DNA of 63,012 nt from Coleofasciculus sp. B1-GNL1-01 (GTDB lineage: Bacteria; Cyanobacteriota; Cyanobacteriia; Cyanobacteriales; Coleofasciculaceae): the NCBI GenBank assembly GCA_040220235.1, contig JAVJTO010000143.1; one strand, written 5' to 3'. A program made the translations under genes and the position numbers. Positions 9,627-16,912 of the stretch are shown here, in pieces; the stretch's first letter is position 1; each line of letters begins with the position of its first letter. The notes beneath the pieces were generated by a model. It made no database searches, was not told the DNA's origin, and saw only the letters and a program-made list of their open reading frames with translations.

Positions 9627-9901
9627 TTTTCTCAGGCTGGCGATTAATGATATAATCTCGATCAAACGCTAATTTAACTGAACCTTGAAACGTGAATAAG
9701 ATAGCGGCGAAATCGACCAATCGACACACCTCGCCCAATCGCTGAAACCCTATGTTTTTCGTTGAGGTGTGTCGATGCCTTACAGGGAGCGGGTTTGAGG
9801 GCTGTGTCTGGCTCAATTTAGGCAGGATATGTTAGAGTTTTAGCGAGGTGTGTCGATTCGGGCGCTGAAACCCAGTCTCCGTAAGGCGTCCTCAGCGAAC
9901 T
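9627..9901 (+). promoter_or_regulatory. CRISPR leader 1 with extended -10 (TGATATAAT 9648-9656) and boxA-like GAACCTTGAAAC (9680-9691)
   Basis: Directly precedes the first repeat; near-identical to 12082-12356. Confidence 0.85.
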
Positions 9902-10591
9902 CTTCCCACTCGCTGGGAAAACAAGTTGAATGGAAACGAAGGTGTAATCTGTCGCAAAAAACAGTTTCTCAAAGGGCTTCCCACTCGCTGGGAAAACAAG
10001 TTGAATGGAAACTTGCCTCAGGATTGTACTTGAAGTTGAATTTAACCTCAAGCTTCCCACTCGCTGGGAAAACAAGTTGAATGGAAACGTTGAACGCCGT
10101 TGTTGCACAACGGATTGGAGCATACTTCCCACTCGCTGGGAAAACAAGTTGAATGGAAACTTATCGCTAGAGCTGCTAATAGCAAACTCGGAAGTCTTCC
10201 CACTCGCTGGGAAAACAAGTTGAATGGAAACACTAGCTAAAAAGCTACTACTCCATCCCTACTGGCCTTCCCACTCGCTGGGAAAACAAGTTGAATGGAA
10301 ACTCACAGTCACTTGGATACAATATTTGTACCCAAACTTCCCACTCGCTGGGAAAACAAGTTGAATGGAAACGTAAATGTAACTCCTGTGGCTTGGTCTA
10401 CAATTAGCTTCCCACTCGCTGGGAAAACAAGTTGAATGGAAACCTTCGTGCTAGTAAAGTTTCTCCGGAAAATTTCAAGATTATCTTCCCACTCGCTGGG
10501 AAAACAAGTTGAATGGAAACTGTTTTCTCCTTCTTGTTAACTTTAGGATCGTAAAACCTTCCCACTCGCTGGGAAAACAAGTTGAATAAAC
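9902..10591 (+). CRISPR. CRISPR array 1: 10 repeats (last degenerate), 9 spacers of 34-41 nt; repeat CTTCCCACTCGCTGGGAAAACAAGTTGAATGGAAAC
   Basis: Repeats start at 9902, 9977, 10053, 10125, 10196, 10267, 10337, 10408, 10485, 10558 (last lacks GG). Orientation from leader side, 3' GAAAC end, degenerate distal repeat and terminator. Repeat stem TTCCCA/TGGGAA. Confidence 0.99.
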
Positions 10592-10595
10592 AAAA

Positions 10596-10625
10596 AAACC
10601 CTGGCAAGACCAGGGTTTATTATTA
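10596..10625 (+). terminator. Probable intrinsic terminator of array 1
   Basis: AAACCCTGG-caaga-CCAGGGTTT hairpin followed by an AT-rich tract right after the last repeat. Confidence 0.65.
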
Positions 10626-10658
10626 TGTAGGGATAAAACCAACCTTGGACAGTCGCCC

Positions 10659-11882
10659 ATGCCCAAGAAACCCCAACCCCACCGTTACATCGATCGCACT
10701 TCCTTCGAGAGACTCTTAATCCTCATCGCTACGCTGATCCAGCATCCCGGCGTCGGGAGTCGCCAACCCTTAGAACACACCCCAAACCGCACTCACCACA
10801 ACGCCTTAACCCCCCTCCAAAGCCAAATTCGCCAGGTGGCTAAATCCCTGGGTATTTCATATCCCGATCGCTACCCATCAATCGGTACCCTCCGCAAAGA
10901 CTTAGAAACCCTGCGAAATTACGGCATACTAGACCACAGAAAATATCGCTGGGGATACTACCTAGGAACCGGAGTCATGAATCGAGATGAACTCAAAGTC
11001 GCCTTCAACGCCCTCCACTCCCAAGCCATGTATCAAGGCGATCCCCAAATCCGCAAGATCTACTACACCCTAGAAAAGCGACTACGGGGATTAGAACTAG
11101 ACGGAAACACCGATATATCCTATCCTGTCCGCGCCTATATGAATCGCCCGATTATCCAAACTGACCCCGAAGTCATGGCGGAAAAAGGCACAACTCGCCA
11201 CACCTTGTTTCACTGCTTAGACAGGATTGAGGACGCGATCGCCACAGGTCAATTAATCGAACTTTATCGCCTCCGAGAACCGTACCACAACAACATCGGA
11301 TACTTACAGATTTACCCTCTACAATTGTTCTATCATGACATTGCTTGGTATTTACTTTACGAAACCGCCAGCAATCCGAATTTATACCAACCCGACGAAA
11401 TCCAGCACCTAGAAGTCGAACGACTTGATCGGTTAAAAAATTACTGTAAAATCCTTGATTCCCCCGGACGAGGACAAAACGCCCAATTCGAGAGTCTCAA
11501 ACTCGCCCAGAAACTCTTTAAAACCGGATGGGGAATAAATCTGGGAACCCCAGAGGAACAATACAACGAGCGAAAAAACCAGGAATCCTTTGAACGAATC
11601 ACCGTGCGATTCTTCCCCCCATGCACTCAATTTATCCGAGAAGGCGAATGTCGCCATAACAACCAAAAAATTACATCCAAAAAAGACCAAGATGGACAAG
11701 AGTACATCGACTATAGTATCAAACTGCCCCGTCGTTCACTCCCGGAATTCTGCCGTTGGGTTTACCGTCATATTGGATGCAGCCAATTTATCTCACCCCC
11801 CGAATTAGTGGAAAAACACCGAAACGCTATTCAAGCCGCCGCTAACCGTTATAGCGCTACGCGAAGCGGGAATAAGGAATAG
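10659..11882 (+). CDS. HTH-WYL-WCX domain transcriptional regulator, CRISPR-associated
   Basis: N-terminal wHTH (TLRKDLETLRNYGIL), WYL signature YPLQLFYHDIAWYLL...ERLDRL, C-terminal WCX-like region (ISPPELVE). Confidence 0.92.
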   Translation: MPKKPQPHRYIDRTSFERLLILIATLIQHPGVGSRQPLEHTPNRTHHNALTPLQSQIRQVAKSLGISYPDRYPSIGTLRKDLETLRNYGILDHRKYRWGYYLGTGVMNRDELKVAFNALHSQAMYQGDPQIRKIYYTLEKRLRGLELDGNTDISYPVRAYMNRPIIQTDPEVMAEKGTTRHTLFHCLDRIEDAIATGQLIELYRLREPYHNNIGYLQIYPLQLFYHDIAWYLLYETASNPNLYQPDEIQHLEVERLDRLKNYCKILDSPGRGQNAQFESLKLAQKLFKTGWGINLGTPEEQYNERKNQESFERITVRFFPPCTQFIREGECRHNNQKITSKKDQDGQEYIDYSIKLPRRSLPEFCRWVYRHIGCSQFISPPELVEKHRNAIQAAANRYSATRSGNKE

Positions 11883-12081
11883 GGAAACGGAATATATTTC
11901 TTATTTGGAGGGGCTTTGATGCTCCCCCTTCCGTGCAATAAAAGCGAAGCATCCTCTGTCCTCCCTCCTCGCAGGGGGGAATGAGGGGGGTTGGGAAGGG
12001 GGCTGGGGGGTTAGGTTTTTCCAATTCACCATTGGTATCAGCCATAAATTGTCCTCGATGTTCAATAACGGGATGATCCGG

Positions 12082-12356
12082 TTTTCTCAGGCTGGCAATT
12101 AATGATATAATCTCGATGAAACGCTAATTTAACTGAACCTTGAAAAGCGAATAAAATAGCGGCGAAATCGACCAATCGACACACCTCGGCAAATCGCTGA
12201 AACCCTATATTTTTCGTTGAGGTGTGTCGATGCCTTACAGGGAGAGGGTTTGAGGGGTGTGTCTGGCTCAATTTAGGCGGGATATGTTAGAGTTTTAGCG
12301 AGGTGTGTCGATTCGGCGGCTGAAACCCAGTCTCCGTAAGGCGTCCTCAGCGAACT
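12082..12356 (+). promoter_or_regulatory. CRISPR leader 2 with extended -10 (TGATATAAT 12103-12111) and boxA GAACCTTGAAAA (12135-12146)
   Basis: 275-bp near-identical copy of leader 1 directly before array 2. Confidence 0.85.
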
Positions 12357-13126
12357 CTTCCCACTCGCTGGGAAAACAAGTTGAATGGAAACAAAAACAT
12401 TGTCTTCCTGAGCTTCATCATTTTTCTCATCTTCCCACTCGCTGGGAAAACAAGTTGAATGGAAACCAGGTAGAGAAAACAACCAACGATTAATTTTGTC
12501 GGCTTCCCACTCGCTGGGAAAACAAGTTGAATGGAAACACTAAAGCCTCAAGCTGGGCTTTATTCAGAGCAACTTCCCACTCGCTGGGAAAACAAGTTGA
12601 ATGGAAACTATTTCCATGTATATTGGAACCATCTCCAGGGTGGAGACTGACTTCCCACTCGCTGGGAAAACAAGTTGAATGGAAACTCAGTGTCAGTTCA
12701 CACTGAATTTTAGGACTACTTCCCACTCGCTGGGAAAACAAGTTGAATGGAAACGGATTAGTCCGTAGGAAATCTACAGACTCTTGGGCTTGCTTCCCAC
12801 TCGCTGGGAAAACAAGTTGAATGGAAACTCTAATCCAAGAGGTTTGAGCTCAGTTAGTACTGAGCTTCCCACTCGCTGGGAAAACAAGTTGAATGGAAAC
12901 AAGCGACATTCTAGAGACCTTGTGCGCGAAGCCACAGACTCTTCCCACTCGCTGGGAAAACAAGTTGAATGGAAACCAGTCGGTTGTAACCGCTGCCCGT
13001 TTACATCGTAGACTTCCCACTCGCTGGGAAAACAAGTTGAATGGAAACGAGGCCGTCGATTCTTCTTGCTCGTGAGTCTCGTGAGTCAGACTTCCCACTC
13101 GCTGGGAAAACAAGTTGAATGGAAAC
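12357..13126 (+). CRISPR. CRISPR array 2: 11 identical repeats, 10 spacers of 32-42 nt; same repeat as array 1
   Basis: Repeats start at 12357, 12431, 12503, 12573, 12651, 12719, 12793, 12865, 12941, 13013, 13091; no spacer shared with array 1. Confidence 0.99.
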
Positions 13127-13361
13127 AGGGTACACACCCTGTAACCTAAAAATCAGACAAAAAAAAGGGCACGGCATTGCCGTGCCCCTACCTTTCTCTA
13201 TCAAATCAACCTATTGAATTTTGCGATATCCTCCACCCAACCTGCTTAAACCTTAATATCAGCACTGAATAAATATAAAGCTAAAGTTCCTCAACTACGA
13301 ACTAAGGCTAAAATTCCCCAACTACGAACGACAAACAACCCACCCAACGATATAATAGACA

Positions 13362-13490
13362 CAACGCTAAAGTCGTCAGGACAACCTGGGGACAAACAGC
13401 AAAACCCGCGAAACTAATCGCGCTGGAGGTAGCATTGTTAAAGATTCGTCAGGACAACCTGGGGAAATTAACCAACAATGCTACCGTCTC
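13362..13490 (+). ncRNA. Candidate structured small RNA (three hairpins, duplicated TCGTCAGGACAACCTGGGGA motif)
   Basis: TATAAT at 13351-13356; exact 20-nt repeats at 13373-13392 and 13446-13465; 12-bp stem 13428-13439/13474-13485; no family recognised. Confidence 0.45.
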
Positions 13491-14730
13491 AACTCTGCCC
13501 CAGAATTTGCATCTTATCCTTCAACCGTTGGGTAATATCATCATCAAACTCAGCCTTCGTCCAACTCGGATTCCTAGCAATACTCTCCAGCGTCAAATCA
13601 TCAAATACCGCCCCTTGAAACTTCGCCCGTTGTAAATCCGCCTCAGCAAAGTCCACCCGTTCCAAAATTGCCCCCTTAAAAAACGCCGTATTCAGATTCC
13701 CCCGCACAAAAGAAACCCCCCTCAAAATCGCCCCATCCAGATGAATTTCCTGTAACCTTGCCCCCTGAAACGTCGTATTCTCTACCGTAGACCGTTTCAA
13801 TTGCACCGATATCAAATTTGCCTGATTCAAACTCGAATTAATAATTAGAGTTTTAGGATCAGACTTACTCCGGTTGTGATAATCACTAAACACCGCCTCC
13901 TTCAGATTCGCCTGATCCAAATTCACATTATCCAGATAACTATAGGTCAAATTCGCCTTTTGCAGCCTCGCCCCGATTAATTGCGTCTGTCGCAATACCG
14001 CCCGTTCCAGGTGCGCCTCACTCAAATTGGCTGGAATTAAACTTAAATTCGCCAAGGTAATCCCATTAATATAACACCCCGATAAATCCAATTGAAACTT
14101 CCGTTCCGTTTCCGTCAGCCTCGTCAACTCTGGCTTTAAATAAATATCAATCACCTGTTCAAACACTTGCACCAGCAACCGATTAATCGTCGCATCTTGA
14201 TTATCCAACTTTAAATTCGCCAGAACAATTAAATACACCTGTTCCCAGTATTTTTCATACCCCGGTTCCAGAAACGTCAACAGAGAAACCGTGGCACTTG
14301 CCTTCAGTTCCGACTGTTCACTCCCCAACCGTTCCACAATCGACGTAAACCGTTGATCCAGTTGTTGGTTTTTCTCCCGGCGAATTTCCGTCAACTGTCT
14401 CCCAATCGTCACAAAAGCACCAACAATTGCCACAATTGCCGTCACCGCATTTGCCAGGGATGCAATTGTCGTCACCAAAGCAGAATTTTCCTCCCAAAAA
14501 TTCTGATCCAGATTCGCCGCTTCTTTTTCAATTTTGACCGTTTCCTGTTCCAGTTTCTCGATTTCCTGTTTCAGCTTTTGATTCTCTAACTGTTCCCTTT
14601 CCGCCGCGAGTTGTGGGGAGGAAGGAGAAGGCGTGGCTGTCTGCGTCAATCCCGGTAACGGCTGAAACAAAACCAAGGAAATCAGGACGTTAGCCAATAA
14701 AACGGAACGGTGAAAATAGTCATTGGTCAT
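13489..14730 (-). CDS. Pentapeptide repeat protein with N-terminal signal/TM and coiled-coil
   Basis: Many A(D/N)LXX repeats in the C-terminal half; hydrophobic N-terminus and second TM segment. Confidence 0.9.
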   Translation of the reverse strand: MTNDYFHRSVLLANVLISLVLFQPLPGLTQTATPSPSSPQLAAEREQLENQKLKQEIEKLEQETVKIEKEAANLDQNFWEENSALVTTIASLANAVTAIVAIVGAFVTIGRQLTEIRREKNQQLDQRFTSIVERLGSEQSELKASATVSLLTFLEPGYEKYWEQVYLIVLANLKLDNQDATINRLLVQVFEQVIDIYLKPELTRLTETERKFQLDLSGCYINGITLANLSLIPANLSEAHLERAVLRQTQLIGARLQKANLTYSYLDNVNLDQANLKEAVFSDYHNRSKSDPKTLIINSSLNQANLISVQLKRSTVENTTFQGARLQEIHLDGAILRGVSFVRGNLNTAFFKGAILERVDFAEADLQRAKFQGAVFDDLTLESIARNPSWTKAEFDDDITQRLKDKMQILGQS

Positions 14731-14802
14731 TGGTCAGGATTCTCACCTCTAGACAAAACCCACCTTAGGTTAACTATTTATTATAAAACCGTTAGATAAT
14801 TG

Positions 14803-15510
14803 TAGGGGCGGGTTTAGGGATTTAATTTTGGCATCCACCGATAACCTATCAACAAAACCCGCCCTGGATTAAGGGTTAATGATAGAATCTTTTGCGTTGC
14901 AGATATTCAACAGCAAATTGATACCGCACTTTGCTCTGCTATGCGGTACATTGTCGATCCCCCTAAATCCCATAAGCAAAAAAAGCGAAGCATCCTTTGG
15001 TCTCCCCCATGAAACAAAAAGCGAAGCATCCTTAGTCCTCCCCCCTCTTGTAGGGGGGAATGAGGGGGGTAGGGGGACGGAAGGGGGATCTAAAAAGGGA
15101 AGAGGGGGATCTGAAGGGGGACTTTGATCTACTGTACTTTATTACAGCGCAAAGCTCTGTAAATAATCATTCACTTGTCGGGGCGGTTTTAGGGATTTAA
15201 TTTTGGCATTTACCAATAACCTATAAACAAAACCCGCCCTGGATTAAGGGTTAATAATAGAATCCTTTTCATTGCAGATATTCAACAGCAAATTAATAAA
15301 TAATCATTCACTTGTCGGGGCGGGTTTAGGAATTTAATTTTGGCATTTACCGATAACCTATAAACAAAACCCGCCCTGGGTTAACGGTTAATGATAGAAT
15401 CTTTTTCGTTGCAGATTGTCGAGAAGTAACCTCCTTTGTTGCTCAAGGGCGGGTTTTGTTGGGAACTTATTCCTAGATAATTCAATTAAACGGCTAAACC
15501 CGCCCCTACA
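14803..15510. repeat. Three tandem ~120-140-bp REP units (GGGCGGGTTTAG...CAAAACCCGCCC) plus a related inverted copy, interrupted by another repeat element
   Basis: Copies begin near 14803, 15178 and 15316; same family at ~35810, ~36913 and ~39146. Confidence 0.85.
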
Positions 15511-15615
15511 ATGAACTTATAAATTCTTTTGACCCAGCTAAAATGGTGGACTAGATTTGACATTTAACCCTGAATTTCGACAAGCTCAATTGCCGCGAAG
15601 TCGAAGGGTTAAACC

Positions 15616-15949
15616 GGGCGCACATCGGTCATTGGTGTCAACTTAAGGTAGAAAACCAATGCTGGCAAGGTTTTAAACCGTGTCTATCTATAGCGCTTCG
15701 CGCTGGTCTAGTTACACTTTGTTTGTACGAACATCCCATCTGGACTCAGTTTCAGGTAAGGGAGTTGTAAATACACCAGAGCGATTTGCTATACTTCTCA
15801 ACATTTCCCCCTCATCCCCTAACCCCTTCTCCCACCGTGGGGAGAAGGGGGATCGGATGCTCTTGCTCCCCTCTCCCCGGCGTGGGAGAGGGGCTGGGGG
15901 AGAGGGGTTGAGCTTAAGTTGACACGGGCGCACATCGGTGCGCCCCTAC
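15616..15949. mobile_element. MITE-like element (GTCAACTTAA TIRs) with a nested ~100-bp insertion
   Basis: TIRs at 15637-15646 and 15914-15923; inverted homologue of 9088-9476. Confidence 0.65.
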
Positions 15950-15953
15950 TGGT

Positions 15954-16817
15954 TTATTCCACCGCTTCAACAGACATAGATACAGGCGATACGTCTGGCA
16001 GATAGGTTTTTTCCACAACTGGAGTACACCCCAACCACTGTACCGATAACTTCGCAAACTGCTGCGGACAACCACTGACACAAAATCGCGTCGGTAGCGG
16101 TGGTGAACTATTTTTTAATCCCATTAAATCCAGTTCTTGCGCCGCCGCCGCTACCACATGTTCAGCCGGATCAATTAATTGGACAGATGCAGGTAAAATT
16201 TGTCGCAGTACAGGCGCCAACAAGGGATAATGAGTACACCCATAAATCAACGTATCAATTCGCTGCTGAAGTAATGGCGTCAGATACTGCAAAGCAACTT
16301 CCGAGGTATAGGGTTCATATAACCGATTTTGCTCCACCAAGGGGACAAACTCTGGACAACTGACTTGCCAAACTTGAACCGTGGATTCCACTTCTAACAA
16401 AGCGCGTCGATAGGCATTACTCGCCGCCGTCGCCGGGGTAGCAATCACGCCAATCCGACGCCCTGCTTGTACCGCCGCACGAGATCCAGGCAAAATTAAT
16501 CCCAAAATCGGCAGTTGAAACTCACGCCGTAATGTTTCTAGGGCTAAGGCGTCACTGGTGTTACACGCCAGCACCACCATTTTCACATCTTGCTCAACCA
16601 TCCAGGTGAGAATCTCGCGCCCAAATTGGACGATTTCCCTGGCTGAACGAGTGCCATAAGGGAGTCGTGCGGTATCGGCAAAATAAAGAATCGATTCATG
16701 GGGAAGTTGTCGGTAGAGTTCCCTGAGAACCGTAAGTCCGCCAACACCACTGTCGAATACGCCAATCCGACGGTGTTGTGCTTCTCCCCTTAAGGTCAAA
16801 ATCGGGTCATTTGTCAT
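15954..16817 (-). CDS. murI: Glutamate racemase
   Basis: IGVFDSGVGGLTV, ACNT and GCTHYP catalytic motifs. Confidence 0.97.
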   Translation of the reverse strand: MTNDPILTLRGEAQHRRIGVFDSGVGGLTVLRELYRQLPHESILYFADTARLPYGTRSAREIVQFGREILTWMVEQDVKMVVLACNTSDALALETLRREFQLPILGLILPGSRAAVQAGRRIGVIATPATAASNAYRRALLEVESTVQVWQVSCPEFVPLVEQNRLYEPYTSEVALQYLTPLLQQRIDTLIYGCTHYPLLAPVLRQILPASVQLIDPAEHVVAAAAQELDLMGLKNSSPPLPTRFCVSGCPQQFAKLSVQWLGCTPVVEKTYLPDVSPVSMSVEAVE

Positions 16818-16857
16818 TCGTCATTCGTCATTCGTCATTCGTCATTCGTCATTTGTC
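16811..16857. repeat. Heptamer STRR (TCATTCG)n
   Basis: ttgtcattcgtcattcgtcattcgtcattcgtcattcgtcatttgtc; related (CAAATGA)n at 43546-43583. Confidence 0.9.
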
Positions 16858-16912
16858 AAAGAATTTTCCCACTTGGTAAAGGGGACTATTGAGAACCCCG
16901 ATAACACTCGTG

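Noticed and set aside
10444..10484. Spacer whose reverse complement translates as IILKFSGETL, reminiscent of the PyrH N-terminus (possible self-targeting)
   Set aside because: Short low-information resemblance; another frame is also open; cannot be verified without a search
12755..12864. Partial complementarity between adjacent spacers (GGATTAG/CTAATCC and CTCTTGG/CCAAGAG)
   Set aside because: Two overlapping 7-mers only; compatible with chance
9619..13204. Many short ORFs over the leaders and arrays (e.g. 9818-10147, 12490-12741, 12850-13137)
   Set aside because: Translations of CRISPR repeats and leaders (recurring LPTRWENKLNGN / FPFNLFSQRVG); not genes
13280..13329. Direct repeat GCTAAA(G/A)TTCC(T/C)CAACTACGAAC as a possible mini-CRISPR or operator
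   Set aside because: Adjacent copies with no spacer-length gap, and resembles a REP half-site also seen near 35928 (GCTAAAGCCCTTACTACAAGC)
14803..15420. Regularly spaced palindromic repeats resembling a third CRISPR array
   Set aside because: Intervening sequences are also repeated and the unit is dispersed elsewhere in the window; it is a REP tandem
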